A stretch of 64,000 bases of DNA from Vicinamibacteria bacterium (GCA_963668695.2 CAXXLQ010000004.1:608001-672000); one strand, 5' to 3'; numbered from the stretch's first letter, positions 40,090-50,628 are shown. Made by a program: numbers and translations. The notes: generated by a model from the letters alone, not told the origin.

Positions 40090-41835
40090 TCACCCCGGGA
40101 TACCGCGCGGTGGGCCGTTTCCCGCACCGGGAGCGATCCCGTACGCCCGCAAAAGATCCGAGACAGTGACCACCGCCTGGAGCTGGTGGACGTCCACCCG
40201 GCTCACCACGGGAAGAGTGTCCATGCGGAGCCGGCCCATGGTGGCCAGCACGTGGTCGATGGGCTGGTCGGCGTGGGCGTAGGGAAACTTCCGGCCTCTC
40301 ACCAGGTCGCCGAGTCGGTCCTGATCCTGTCCCCAGGCGTGGAATCGCTCCAACTCGGCGAGCGTGATCAACCCCGAGATCCGGTTCCCCTCGGCCACCG
40401 GCCACGCACGCTTGCCGCTGAGCGCCACCCGTTCGATGGCGTCCTCGACGGTCAGGTCCGGAGGAAGCAACTCCCGCGGCGGGCGCATCGCGGCCCGCAC
40501 CACCGGATGGGGCTCCTCGTCCTCCGTGGAGGGAAGCTGGATCCCGTCCTGCGCCGCAAGGGCCTCGTACACCGATACGGGCTGGAGCCGCCGGGAGACG
40601 AAAAACGAGGTCAGGTTCGCAATCATTATCGGCACGATGACCGCGTAGCTCTGGGTGATCTCGAAGATCATGAAGACCGACGCCATCGGGACCCGGAGGA
40701 TCCCGGCGAACGCCGCCCCCATACCCACCAGGGCGTAGGGGCCGGGTCCGGATGCGAAGTCGAACCAGAGGTTGGCCACGCTGCCCACCACCCCGCCCAG
40801 CATGGCGCCGAGGAAGATGCTGGGGCCGAAGATCCCTCCGGCGTTGCCGGAGGCGTAGGCGACGACCACCAGGACGAGGTGGACGGCAAGGAGAACCGCC
40901 ATCCGTCCCATGGGCAACTCACCCGCCAGCGCCTCGCCCACGGGGCCGTAACCCACCCCGAAGAAGCCGGGAAGCAACAACCAGGCGGCGGCCACCGCCA
41001 CCCCGCCGAGTGCCGGCTGGAACCAGCGGCTCGCCACCGGAAGCCGGCGGATTTGGGCACGCAGCCAGAGCAGGGTGCGCACGAACCCGACCGACATCAG
41101 CCCCCCGAGCACCCCGAGCACGGCATAGATGAGGAGTTCCGCAGGATGCCCGAGCTCGTAGGCGGGAACCGAGAAGAGCGGTTCGTCGCCAAGCGAAAGC
41201 CTGAGCACCAGCCAGCTCGCCACCGCGCTCAGAACCACCGAGCCGAGCACCCGCGCGTGGAGATTTCCGACGATTTCCTCCAGCGAGAACAGGATCGCGG
41301 CGATCGGGGTGTTGAAGGCCGCGGCGATCGCCGCCGCCGTCCCGACCGGTATCAGTTGCCGCCGCTGCTCGGTGTCGAGCCCGAGGGCTTCTCCCACGGA
41401 GGAAGCGATCCCGGCCCCGATCTGCGCGGACGGGCCCTCGCGCCCCAGCGGGATGCCGGCGCCCAGGGTGAGCACCCCGCAGACGTACTTCCCAAAGGCT
41501 GTGCGGAACGGAATCCGACCGTCGTTCGCGACCAGCGCCGCCTTGGTCTGCGGAATCCCGCTTCCGCGGGCTTCGCCGAACCAGCGGTGCATCAGGAAGC
41601 CGGCAGCCAACGCCCCCAGGACCGGCGCGGCAAAGCGGATCGCTCCGAGCGCCTGCCCGTGAATCATCACTTCGGTGAGCCATTCGGTCACCACGATGAA
41701 GGACACGATGACCGCACCTACCAGCGCTCCGATCCCCAGGTTGAGACCGGTGAAGAAGCCGGAAGAGCGAAGGAACTCCCGCGACGACAGGGCCTCGGCA
41801 ATCCGGGAGACCAGGTGAACCCGGACCCGGCTCAT
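40090..41835 (-). CDS. ClC-family chloride channel/antiporter with CBS domains
   Basis: 'GSGIPQ', 'GREGP', 'AFNTP', 'GGIFGP'; CBS pair; ATGA overlap. Confidence 0.93.
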   Translation of the reverse strand: MSRVRVHLVSRIAEALSSREFLRSSGFFTGLNLGIGALVGAVIVSFIVVTEWLTEVMIHGQALGAIRFAAPVLGALAAGFLMHRWFGEARGSGIPQTKAALVANDGRIPFRTAFGKYVCGVLTLGAGIPLGREGPSAQIGAGIASSVGEALGLDTEQRRQLIPVGTAAAIAAAFNTPIAAILFSLEEIVGNLHARVLGSVVLSAVASWLVLRLSLGDEPLFSVPAYELGHPAELLIYAVLGVLGGLMSVGFVRTLLWLRAQIRRLPVASRWFQPALGGVAVAAAWLLLPGFFGVGYGPVGEALAGELPMGRMAVLLAVHLVLVVVAYASGNAGGIFGPSIFLGAMLGGVVGSVANLWFDFASGPGPYALVGMGAAFAGILRVPMASVFMIFEITQSYAVIVPIMIANLTSFFVSRRLQPVSVYEALAAQDGIQLPSTEDEEPHPVVRAAMRPPRELLPPDLTVEDAIERVALSGKRAWPVAEGNRISGLITLAELERFHAWGQDQDRLGDLVRGRKFPYAHADQPIDHVLATMGRLRMDTLPVVSRVDVHQLQAVVTVSDLLRAYGIAPGAGNGPPRGIPG

Positions 41836-43562
41836 CGGCTTTCCTGCTCGCGCGGAACGTGGGTCGCGCGACCCAGCACGAGACCGACGATCACCGTCAC
41901 CGCCGTCCCGATCAGGTTGTAGTAGAGGTAGGAAATGCCGGTAACCCCGAGCCACCGAGGCAGGAGGTCAGCGACCCACACGGCGGCGATCCCACAAAGA
42001 ACCGCGGGGAAGGCCCGGCGGGCGCCCCGGTTCGGGAAGATAGCGGCGAGGACAAACGCTCCGAGGATGGGACCGTAGAAGAAGGATCCCACGCGGTTTA
42101 CCGCTTCTACCGCCGACCCCAACCGCCCCATGTAAAAGGCAGCCCCGGTCGCGACCGTTCCCCAGAACACGATCCCCACCCGGCCGGCGATCAGGTCGTG
42201 CCGATCGGAAGTCGGACCGCGGAGGAAGCGGCCCCCCAAGCGGCTTCGAAAGCGGCGGTAGAAGTCCACCACGCTGGCGGTCGAGAGCGCCGATAGTTCC
42301 GACTCCACGGTGGACATCGCCGCGGCCAGCACCGCGATGAGGATCAGGCCGACGATTCCGGGGGGTAACTGGGTGAACACGAAGGTCGGGAATACGTGGT
42401 TCGTATCGCTCCATGGCTCGCCTTTCACCTCGGACGCGGTGCGCACCGCCTCGGCGCGCGTCTCCTGAAACACGAGGTCGGCAGCGACGAACCGCTCCCT
42501 GAGCGCCGCCTCCGAGGAGCCGGCATCGGCCTCGGCGAAATCGAGCGCGGCCGTCCGGCGCTCGGCGAAGGCGGTTTCGTAGCGCGCCTCCATCGCCTCC
42601 ATCTCCTCGGGTTGCGCCGCCCGCGTTTCGGCGAGAGTCACCGGATCGAAGAGCACGGGCGGCTTCTCGAACTGGTAGAAGACGAAGAGAAGCGCCCCGG
42701 TGAGCAGAATCACGAACTGCACCGGCAGCTTGGCGAAAGCGTTGAAGATCAGCGAAAAGCGGCTGTCTCGAAGCGAACGGCCGGTGAGGTAACGCTGGAC
42801 CTGGCTCTGGTCGCAGCCGAAATAGGAGAGCATCAGGAAGAGCCCGCCCAGGAGCCCCGTCCAGACGGTGTAGGTCTGGCGCGGGTCGGGGTCGAACGAC
42901 AGCGTTTCCAGGCGGCCCGTTGACCCGGCAAGCCGCAGCGCCTCCCCGAGGCTCACCTCGTCGGGCAGTCCCCAGATCACCGATCCGAGGCAGAAGAGAA
43001 TGCCGAGCATGATGATCAGCATTTGCCACGTCTCGACCCACATCACGGCGCGCATCCCGCCCATCGCGGTGTAGATCGTGGCGAACCCGCCGATAAGCAG
43101 GATCGTGACGGTCTCGTCGAGCGAGAAGACGACCGAAAGGACCACCGACGGCGCGTAGATCACCACGGCTCCGGACAGCGCCCTCCCAAACAGGAAGAGA
43201 AGGCTCGTGAGGGAGCGGGTGTGCGGACCGCAACGCTGCTCCAGAAACTCGTAGGCCGTGAACACCCGGGCGCGGTAGAACAGCGGTACCAGGGTGAAAC
43301 ACAGGATCACCATGGCGATGGGCAGGGCGAAGTAGATCTGGATGAATCGCATCCCGTCCACGTAGGCCTGGCCGGTCGTTCCGACCAGCGTGATCGCGCT
43401 CGCCTGGGTGGCCATTACCGAAAGGCCCATGGCGTACCAGGGCATGGACCGGCGGGCGAGGAAGTAGTCCTCGAGCCCTCGGTTGCCGCGCCCGGTCCGG
43501 TAGCCGACGGCGATGATCAGGCCGAAGTAGGCGGCAACGACGATCCAGTCGAGGAGCTGCAA
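41832..43562 (-). CDS. Sodium:solute symporter
   Basis: 'DYFLA.R.MPW', 'SVMATQASAIT', 'YFGCDQSQVQRYL', 'AAAMST'. Confidence 0.93.
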   Translation of the reverse strand: MQLLDWIVVAAYFGLIIAVGYRTGRGNRGLEDYFLARRSMPWYAMGLSVMATQASAITLVGTTGQAYVDGMRFIQIYFALPIAMVILCFTLVPLFYRARVFTAYEFLEQRCGPHTRSLTSLLFLFGRALSGAVVIYAPSVVLSVVFSLDETVTILLIGGFATIYTAMGGMRAVMWVETWQMLIIMLGILFCLGSVIWGLPDEVSLGEALRLAGSTGRLETLSFDPDPRQTYTVWTGLLGGLFLMLSYFGCDQSQVQRYLTGRSLRDSRFSLIFNAFAKLPVQFVILLTGALLFVFYQFEKPPVLFDPVTLAETRAAQPEEMEAMEARYETAFAERRTAALDFAEADAGSSEAALRERFVAADLVFQETRAEAVRTASEVKGEPWSDTNHVFPTFVFTQLPPGIVGLILIAVLAAAMSTVESELSALSTASVVDFYRRFRSRLGGRFLRGPTSDRHDLIAGRVGIVFWGTVATGAAFYMGRLGSAVEAVNRVGSFFYGPILGAFVLAAIFPNRGARRAFPAVLCGIAAVWVADLLPRWLGVTGISYLYYNLIGTAVTVIVGLVLGRATHVPREQESR

Positions 43563-43576
43563 GGAAAAGCCCGCTA

Positions 43577-43793
43577 ACAGCCTATGGGCAAGGTGGCGCG
43601 AGCGCCGAGGCCAGTGAGGCCCAGTTCTCCCGGTGGGGCCAGTTCTCCCGGTGGGGGCCCGGCTGACAAGGCGCGCGAGGAAGGAATACCGAGCGTATTT
43701 CGACCGAAGCGCAACGATGAGCGACGCGAAACGGAGTGGTTCAGCCGGGATGCATCGCCGGTCAAACGCCGCGTGACTTTGTCCATAGGCTGC
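43577..43793. mobile_element. MITE-like family A copy
   Basis: TA|ACAGCCTATGG...CCATAGGCTGC|TA. Confidence 0.82.
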
Positions 43794-43930
43794 TAAGACC
43801 CGAAGACCCGGGAGAACACGAAGAGGAGGATGTAGACGGAGAGAGTGGTCAGCAGCACGGCCGCATAGAGCCGCCGCCAGGAGCGGAAGAACCCCCGCCG
43901 AGAGGGGGGTTGATCGGTTGGGTTCTGCAT
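43793..43930 (-). CDS. Small (45-aa) single-TM protein preceding the symporter
   Basis: Translated by hand: MQNPTDQPPSRRGFFRSWRRLYAAVLLTTLSVYILLFVFSRVFGS; GGGAG RBS; below the ORF-track cutoff. Confidence 0.7.
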   Translation of the reverse strand: MQNPTDQPPSRRGFFRSWRRLYAAVLLTTLSVYILLFVFSRVFGS

Positions 43931-44034
43931 GGGGCTCCCGGCTAGACTGACTGGCCGGGCCGGACGCTTATCGGCCCGCGCCGGGAGATTCTAGGAGGCG
44001 GGGCCTTCTCCTCCCAGGCAAAGGGAGCGCAGTG

Positions 44035-46791
44035 ATGACTACTCCACGAAGGATGCGACGGTTCGCGCCTTTGACTCTCGCGCTGTCGGTCGCGGCAATG
44101 GTCGCGGCCGGCGCCCCGTCCGCCTCGGCCCAACTTCGCCCCCTCGCCGAAGATCGCGGCGCCACCGGACTGGGTCTCGCGCTCCGAAAGATCGAGAGCG
44201 GCGTCTCGGTGCTCACCATCACGGCGCACCCCGACGACGAGAACAACGCCCTGCACGCCTTGCTCAGCCGCGGCCTGGGCGCGAGGGTTTCGCTCCTGAC
44301 CCTCACCCGCGGCGGCGGCGGACAAAACGAGATCGGCCCCGAACTCTTCGATGGACTGCGGTTGCTCCGCACCGAAGAACTCCGGACGTCCCACCGGCTC
44401 GACGGGGTGGAGCAGTACTTCGGAATGGTCTCCGACTTCGGATACTCGTTCAGCGTCGAGGAGACCTTCGAGAAATGGGGCCACGAGCAGACGCTCGGCG
44501 AGGTGGTGCGGATGCTCCGGACCCTTCGGCCCGACGTGGTCATCACCCTGCCGCCTGCCGGGACCGGCGGCGGCCAGCACCATCAAGCGGCGGGCCGGCT
44601 CGCCCACGAGGCCTTCGACGCGGCCGGGGATCCGGACCGCTTCCCGGAGCACGCGGAACTCGGTCTGATGCCCTGGCGGCCGCTGCGCCTGCTGGTGGGA
44701 GGCGTGGGCGGCGGGTCGGCGGCCGGCGAGGCGCGGACCGTCCGCATCGAGACCGCGGTCTGGGATCCGCTTCTCGGCCGCACCTATGCGGACCTCGGAC
44801 AGGAAGCGCGTTCGGCGCACCGCTGCCAGGGAATGGGCCAGGTGCGTGGCGGGCCGACCGGATTTCCCTCGGTGCTGGTGGAAACGCGCGGAGCGCAGGA
44901 CGGCGCCGCGCTCGGGCCGGAAGGGGCCGACGGCCTCTTTGCGGGGATTCCGACCGGGGTAGAGCGCCTGGGGGATTTCGTGGCCGGCACTCCGGAAGCG
45001 ACCGCAGAGGCCACGTCCAGGCTGGTCGCCCTCCGCCAGGCCGTAGCCCAGGCCGCTCAGGCTTTTTCGGCGATCGCGCCGGCAGACACGCTTCCGGGTC
45101 TCCGGAAGGCGCTGACCGCGGCGCGAAGCCTGCGGCGCGAAGCCCTTCCCGACGGGCTCACCAGTGAGAGCCGGGACGAGATCGAGCATCGGATGGCGCT
45201 TCGGGAAGTCCAGATCCAGCGCGCGATTGCGCTCGCCCACGGACTCGTGGTGGACGCGGTAGCGGAGTCCGGGGTGGTTGTTCCGGGCGGCAGTTTCGGG
45301 GCGCAGATCTCTGTCCTTGGCGGCCCCGCCGCGGCCACGATCACCGGAATCGAAATCGAGGCACCCGATGGCTGGGAGGTCAGCCAATCGCTGCCGTCCC
45401 CGGGAACGCCTCCCGGTCCCGGGCCGCGCCGGCGCCCCCTGCCCCCTCCGATCGGCCCTGACGATCTCCCCCTCGAATCGAGCCCTGCCAGCCCGCTCCG
45501 CGCGGAGTTCGGAGTCTCGGTGGGGAACGCCGCGGCCCTGAGCCGCCAGCCCTGGCGGAGCGTTCCCGGCGCGGACCGCTTTGCAGCGTGGTCGGGAGAT
45601 TTGTTCGGGCTCCCGGCGCAGCCCCCTCAGGTGGTGGCGCGCGTCGCCTTCGAGTCCGCAGGCATTCCCGTCGAGATCCGCAGCCCGGTCGAGTATCGCT
45701 ACGACGGTCCCTGGGTCGGAACGGAAAAACAAAAAGAAGTCTCGATCCTGCCGGTCGCCTCGGCGGCGATCTCACCGGAGATCGTAGTCTTCCCCCGGGG
45801 GCAGAACCCCCGCCGACTGACCGTCTCCGTGGTGTACCGGGGCGACGGAGCAGCGGGCTTCGAGGCCTCGCTCGAGGCGCCGGCGGGGTGGACCGTCTAC
45901 CCGCAGAGCAGGCCGGTCTCCTTTTCCGGAGCCGGTGAGACGCGGGTCGAGTTCGAAGTGAGCGCCCCGGACGGCGCGGCGGACGGCAGCTACCGGCTGG
46001 GCGCCGCGGTACGGCCCACCGGGGGCGGTGACCCCTTCACCGAAACCGTCCAGGAGGTCGCCTACCACCACATCGAGACCCGCTACCTCTTCCGGCCCGC
46101 CGAGGCTTCGGCACGGGTGCTTGATGCAACCGTGGCGCCGGTCCGCGTCGGATACGTCGAAGGGGTTGGGGACGAAGTCGCCGAAGCCATCGCGCAACTC
46201 GGACTGCCCCTGACCTTCCTCGACGAACAGGCGCTCGCCGAGGGAGACCTCTCGGTGTTCGACACCATCGTTCTCGGAGTGCGGGCCTACCTGGCCCGGC
46301 CCGATCTCAGGACCCACAACCAGCGCCTGCTCGATTTCGTGGCCGGCGGCGGCACGCTGCTCGTCCAGTACAACAAGTTCGAGTTCAACGCGGGGCCCTG
46401 GGGGCCTTACCCGGTGTCCGTCGGCCGGGGGCGGATCACCGCGGAAGACGCCCCGATGCAGGTGCTGATACCGGATCATCCGGTCTTCGCCGGGCCGAAC
46501 CGGATCGACGAGACCGATTGGGACGGCTGGGTGCAGGAGCGCGGACTGTATTTCCTGGCGCCGGGGGGCGATCCCGCCTATCGGGATCTGCTCGCCTCGG
46601 AGGATCCCTTCGAGTACAACGCCGGAGAAAAGCGCGGCATCCTGGTGGAGGCCCGGCACGGCGACGGACGGTGGCTCTACCTCGGTCTCGGACTCTGGCG
46701 GCAGCTTCCTGCTGGCACCCCGGGCGCCTATCGGCTGCTCGCGAATCTCCTGAGCCTCGGATACCAGCCGGACACGACCGACGAACCCTGA
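44035..46791 (+). CDS. Secreted PIG-L/LmbE-family deacetylase with C-terminal Ig-like and GATase-like domains
   Basis: 'AHPDDE', 'TRG.GGQN.IG', 'RTEEL', 'DFGYS', 'GGQHHQAAG', 'GWVQERGLYF'. Confidence 0.85.
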   Translation: MTTPRRMRRFAPLTLALSVAAMVAAGAPSASAQLRPLAEDRGATGLGLALRKIESGVSVLTITAHPDDENNALHALLSRGLGARVSLLTLTRGGGGQNEIGPELFDGLRLLRTEELRTSHRLDGVEQYFGMVSDFGYSFSVEETFEKWGHEQTLGEVVRMLRTLRPDVVITLPPAGTGGGQHHQAAGRLAHEAFDAAGDPDRFPEHAELGLMPWRPLRLLVGGVGGGSAAGEARTVRIETAVWDPLLGRTYADLGQEARSAHRCQGMGQVRGGPTGFPSVLVETRGAQDGAALGPEGADGLFAGIPTGVERLGDFVAGTPEATAEATSRLVALRQAVAQAAQAFSAIAPADTLPGLRKALTAARSLRREALPDGLTSESRDEIEHRMALREVQIQRAIALAHGLVVDAVAESGVVVPGGSFGAQISVLGGPAAATITGIEIEAPDGWEVSQSLPSPGTPPGPGPRRRPLPPPIGPDDLPLESSPASPLRAEFGVSVGNAAALSRQPWRSVPGADRFAAWSGDLFGLPAQPPQVVARVAFESAGIPVEIRSPVEYRYDGPWVGTEKQKEVSILPVASAAISPEIVVFPRGQNPRRLTVSVVYRGDGAAGFEASLEAPAGWTVYPQSRPVSFSGAGETRVEFEVSAPDGAADGSYRLGAAVRPTGGGDPFTETVQEVAYHHIETRYLFRPAEASARVLDATVAPVRVGYVEGVGDEVAEAIAQLGLPLTFLDEQALAEGDLSVFDTIVLGVRAYLARPDLRTHNQRLLDFVAGGGTLLVQYNKFEFNAGPWGPYPVSVGRGRITAEDAPMQVLIPDHPVFAGPNRIDETDWDGWVQERGLYFLAPGGDPAYRDLLASEDPFEYNAGEKRGILVEARHGDGRWLYLGLGLWRQLPAGTPGAYRLLANLLSLGYQPDTTDEP

Positions 46792-46910
46792 AACGGATTC
46801 CGTTCGCAAACGCCAGCAAGCGGCCGTCCGATGAAATTTAGTGTTCTTTAGTCAGAATTCTAAATTTCGAGACGTTCCTTGTCCTCTGTCAGCGGGACAT
46901 CTCCCTTACG

Positions 46911-47528
46911 GTGAGAGCGAAGTTGGTGTTCGCGGGTTTGCCGAATCTCCTGAGGAAGCTGGTGGACTCAAGGACTTACGCGGAACGCATGTTCCGTGTT
47001 TGTTTCCTGGACCGACTTGGCCCCGAGGATAGTGAGGACGCGATCCGCCGGCCGATCGCGGACGCAGCCCGTCCACTCGCGTTGACCGACGACTCGGTGG
47101 GCAAAATCGTCGAGAGTTCCGGCGGCTATCCGTACTTCCTGCAGTTCATTTGCAAGGAGGTGTACGACGCGTTCCTTCAGCGCGTTGGCGAGGGCCAGGA
47201 ACTGTCAGTTCCGCTTCCGGAGATTGCAAGGAAGTTGGACTCCGATTTCTTTGCCGGACGGTGGGCGCGGTGTTCCGATCGTCAGAGGGACCTGCTGGGT
47301 CTGATCGCGCGGCTCGAGAGCCCCGATACCGAGTTCGCAGTCAAGGACGTCGAAACCCTGTCCCGCGACCTCCTGGACAAACCCTTTAGTGCCAGTCACA
47401 TCGTTCAGATGTTGGCCGCGCTCGAACGCAAAGGGTTGATCTTCAAAGATCGGCGGGCACGCTACGCCTTCGCTGTCCCGCTGTTCGGGCAGTTCATCCG
47501 CAGGGAACTCGCCAGCGCAGCCGCCTGA
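46911..47528 (+). pseudogene. 5'-truncated AAA+ ATPase (lid and winged-helix part only)
   Basis: 'AGLPNL..SRTYAERMF', 'S.GYPYFLQ', C-terminal wHTH-like; no Walker A/B upstream. Confidence 0.6.
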
Positions 47529-47762
47529 AGTTTAGAGTCGTTTAGTCTGGATCCTAAATTCGGACTGATATCGCATCTGCGGATGCGTCTTCGGGGCCGA
47601 ACAGTTCCGCCGCAGCGATGGGAAAGGAGCGGGTGCGTCCCGTCGAAGACCCGGAAGCGGTGAGTCTGCATCGCGAATCGCGTACTCTCTCGCCGCTTTG
47701 GCCAGTCGCACTAGGTTCGCGGGGAGCGACACTGGAATCTGCTGCACCGGGCGACGGACGGT

Positions 47763-49211
47763 ATGACGCGCGAGCGGATCGGACTGGTTCTCGGGCTGGC
47801 CCTGCTGGTCGGGATCGCCGTCTTCCCGATTCCCGGAATCCCCGACGAGGCGCGCCGAATGCTGGCGGTGGCCGCGATCATGGCCACCTGGTGGGTTACC
47901 GAGGCGGCGCCGCTGGCGGTGACGTCGCTGCTGCCGCTGGTGCTGCTCCCGGTGCTCGGGATCACGAACGCGGCGGGAGCGGCCGCGCCCTACGCGAACC
48001 ACCTCGTCTACCTCTTCCTCGGGGGATTCATGATCGCCCAGGCGATGCAGCGCTGGAACCTGCACCGCCGGTTCGCTCTCCGGATCGTGATGGCGATGGG
48101 CAGTTCACCGCCCCGCCTGGTGCTCGGGTTCATGGTGGCGTCCGCCTTCCTCTCCATGTGGGTCTCGAACACGGCCACCACGGCGATGATGATGCCCATC
48201 GGAGTGGCGGTGGTCGCGGAGATCTCGCGCGCGGTACACGGAGAGCGGCGCCCCGCGCCCGGGGAGTTCCCCTTCGCGGTGTGCCTGATGCTCGGCTGCG
48301 CCTACGGCGCGTCCATTGGGGGATTCGCAACCCTGATCGGAACCCCTCCCAACGTGTTCCTCGCCGGCTTCCTCGAGGAGGAGATGGGCATCCAGATCAC
48401 CTTCGTGCGTTGGCTCGCTTTCGCCATGCCGCTGACCATCATCTTCCTGCCGGCGACCTGGCTCTGGCTCACCAAGTTCGCATTTCCGATCCGCATCCGG
48501 GATATCCCCGGCGGGGTGGCGCCCGTGCGCGCCGCCTACGCGGCGCTCGGGCCGATCTCGACCCCGGAAAAGAGGCTCACCGCCCTCTTCGGCGGGACCG
48601 CTCTCCTTTGGGTGCTGCGTCCGGTCTGGACCCAGTTTCTGCCAACCGGGAGCTTCATCACCGACTCCACGATCGCCATGGCGGCGACGGTGCTGTGCTT
48701 CCTCGTTCCCGCCGGGAACACCGGCTCCCGGGAGCGCATCCTGAACTGGGAGTGGGGAGTGCGCATCCCCTGGGATGTCCTCATCCTGATCGGTGGGGGG
48801 TTTTCGCTCGCGAACGGGTTGGAGGTGAGCGGCCTCTCGCAAGTCCTCGGTGACCGCCTTGCCGGGGCCTCGGCGCTCCCCACGGCCCTGTTCGTGGTGC
48901 TGGTGGTGGTCTTCATCATTCTGCTGACCGAACTTGCCTCGAACCTGGCCTCGACCGCGATGATGGTTCCCATCCTCGCCGCGGTGGCCGTCGGCGCCGC
49001 CATCCCGCCTCTGATGCTGCTGGTGCCGGTCACCGTCGCCGCCTCCTGCGCCTTCATGTTGCCGGCGGCCACTCCTCCGAACGCCATCGTGTTCGGGACC
49101 GGCCACTTCACCATCCCCCAGATGGTGCGCGCCGGGATCGGCGTGAACATCATCGGCGCCATCCTCACCTGCCTGTTCGCCGTCTTCTGGCTGCCGGTGG
49201 TCTTTGGCTGA
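47763..49211 (+). CDS. SLC13/DASS family sodium:anion symporter
   Basis: 'LSMWVSNTAT', 'IGTPPN', 'LTELASN', 'AFMLPAATPPNAI'. Confidence 0.93.
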   Translation: MTRERIGLVLGLALLVGIAVFPIPGIPDEARRMLAVAAIMATWWVTEAAPLAVTSLLPLVLLPVLGITNAAGAAAPYANHLVYLFLGGFMIAQAMQRWNLHRRFALRIVMAMGSSPPRLVLGFMVASAFLSMWVSNTATTAMMMPIGVAVVAEISRAVHGERRPAPGEFPFAVCLMLGCAYGASIGGFATLIGTPPNVFLAGFLEEEMGIQITFVRWLAFAMPLTIIFLPATWLWLTKFAFPIRIRDIPGGVAPVRAAYAALGPISTPEKRLTALFGGTALLWVLRPVWTQFLPTGSFITDSTIAMAATVLCFLVPAGNTGSRERILNWEWGVRIPWDVLILIGGGFSLANGLEVSGLSQVLGDRLAGASALPTALFVVLVVVFIILLTELASNLASTAMMVPILAAVAVGAAIPPLMLLVPVTVAASCAFMLPAATPPNAIVFGTGHFTIPQMVRAGIGVNIIGAILTCLFAVFWLPVVFG

Positions 49212-49361
49212 CGGGGCGGAGGGCGGTCGCGCGGTGAGCGATCGCCCCCCGCCCTCCCGAGGTGACAAAGTGGGTGTCGTTTATCCGGGACACATTGGGT
49301 GTCGCTTGACAAGCGTTTCGCCATCCCAGATTGGGTCCCGGCTATGGGCGACGGTAGCGGC

Positions 49362-49517
49362 GGGAGTTTCGCGGCCTGCGGCCGCGATGCCGGTCTGAAG
49401 GCCGCTACCGCGAGAACCGACCGGCGCTCCCAGCCCTCCCCGCGCTTTTTCTTCATCGGGAGTACGCGCTTTCGCGGCCCTCCGGGCCGCGATGCCGACC
49501 TGAAGGTCGGCGTTCCC
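49362..49517. repeat. REP-like family B cluster
   Basis: GATGCCGGTCTGAAG..CCGGCGCTCCC and GATGCCGACCTGAAGGTCGGCGTTCCC. Confidence 0.6.
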
Positions 49518-49523
49518 GCACGG

Positions 49524-49573
49524 CCTCACCTGCCTGTTCGCCGTCTTCTCGGTGCCGGTGGTCTTCGGTTGAC
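49524..49573 (+). repeat. Duplicate of the last 50 bp of the SLC13 gene
   Basis: 46/50 identical to 49163-49212, including the stop codon. Confidence 0.8.
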
Positions 49574-49611
49574 CGCTTCGGTTGATCGGGGGCCATTAGC
49601 ATTCCGGTGCC

Positions 49612-50295
49612 ATGAACGTCGCCGCCAAGGACCGCTTCACCACCCGCCTGTGGGCCGGGATCGAATCCATCTATGCGGAGATCCTCCGCCACCCCTTCCT
49701 CGACGGCCTTGCCGACGGCACCCTCGACCGGCAGGCATTCCGCTTCTACGTGATCGAGGACGCCCTCTACCTCCACGAATTCGCGCGGGCCGTGGCCATC
49801 CTCGGCGGCAAGGCTCCGCACCCGGACATCACCGAGGCGCTCTGCGGTGACGCGGTAGCCACGATTCAGGGAGAGCGCGAACAACTGGGGCAGTTCCTGA
49901 CCGAGCTCGGCAGCTCCCGCGAGGAACTCTTCACCCGCCCGCCAGCTCCCACAAACCGCGCCTACACCAGTTATTTCCTGTCGCAGGTCCATTCGCGGCC
50001 CTTCCACGAAGGACTCGCCGCCGTCCTTCCCTGCTACTGGATCTACGCCGAAGTGGGCAAGGAACTGCTGAAGCGTCCTCCCTCGCCGGATCCGCTCTAC
50101 CGCCGCTGGATCGAAAGCTACGGCAGCGAGGAGTACGACGCGGTCGTGCAGCGGGTCGTGCGCCTGACGGACGAGGCCGCCGAGGGTCTCGGCGACCAGG
50201 CCCGCCGGGCGATGGCCCGCCACTTCGCCATGAGTTCGCGCTACGAGTGGATGTTCTGGGACATGGCCTGGCGGCAGGAAGCCTGGCCGCTCTAG
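49612..50295 (+). CDS. tenA: Thiaminase II
   Basis: 'HPF...L.DGTL', 'F.FY..ED..YL', 'LPCYWIY', 'Y..WI..Y', 'EWMFWD'. Confidence 0.92.
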   Translation: MNVAAKDRFTTRLWAGIESIYAEILRHPFLDGLADGTLDRQAFRFYVIEDALYLHEFARAVAILGGKAPHPDITEALCGDAVATIQGEREQLGQFLTELGSSREELFTRPPAPTNRAYTSYFLSQVHSRPFHEGLAAVLPCYWIYAEVGKELLKRPPSPDPLYRRWIESYGSEEYDAVVQRVVRLTDEAAEGLGDQARRAMARHFAMSSRYEWMFWDMAWRQEAWPL

Positions 50296-50391
50296 CCGCC
50301 CGGGGAGCAAGCACCCCGCATGGCGCCCCGGGGGAGAAACACACCGAGTCTCGGAGGTTCTTGGCATGCAGGGCGCTTTCTCCCCGGGCAA

Positions 50392-50609
50392 GCAGCCTGT
50401 AGACAGAGTCTCGTGGCGTTCGAGCGGCGTTGCATCCCGGCTGAACCGCCCCGCTTCGCGTGGCTCATCGTTGCGCTTCGGTCGAAATACACCCGGTATG
50501 CCTCCCTCGCGCGCCTTGTCAGCCGGACCCCCACCGGGAGAACTGGGCCTCGCCCCCACCGGGAGGACTGGCCGCTCTCGGCGCTCACGCCACTCTGTCC
50601 ACAGGCTGC
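50392..50609. mobile_element. MITE-like family A copy
   Basis: GCAGCCTGTAGACAGAGT...ACTCTGTCCACAGGCTGC. Confidence 0.8.
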
Positions 50610-50628
50610 TGGTGGCGCGAATCGCTCC

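Noticed and set aside
49212-49611. TPP riboswitch upstream of tenA
   Set aside because: No recognisable TPP aptamer core (CTGAGA...ACCTG) could be found; the region is repeats and a duplicated gene end.
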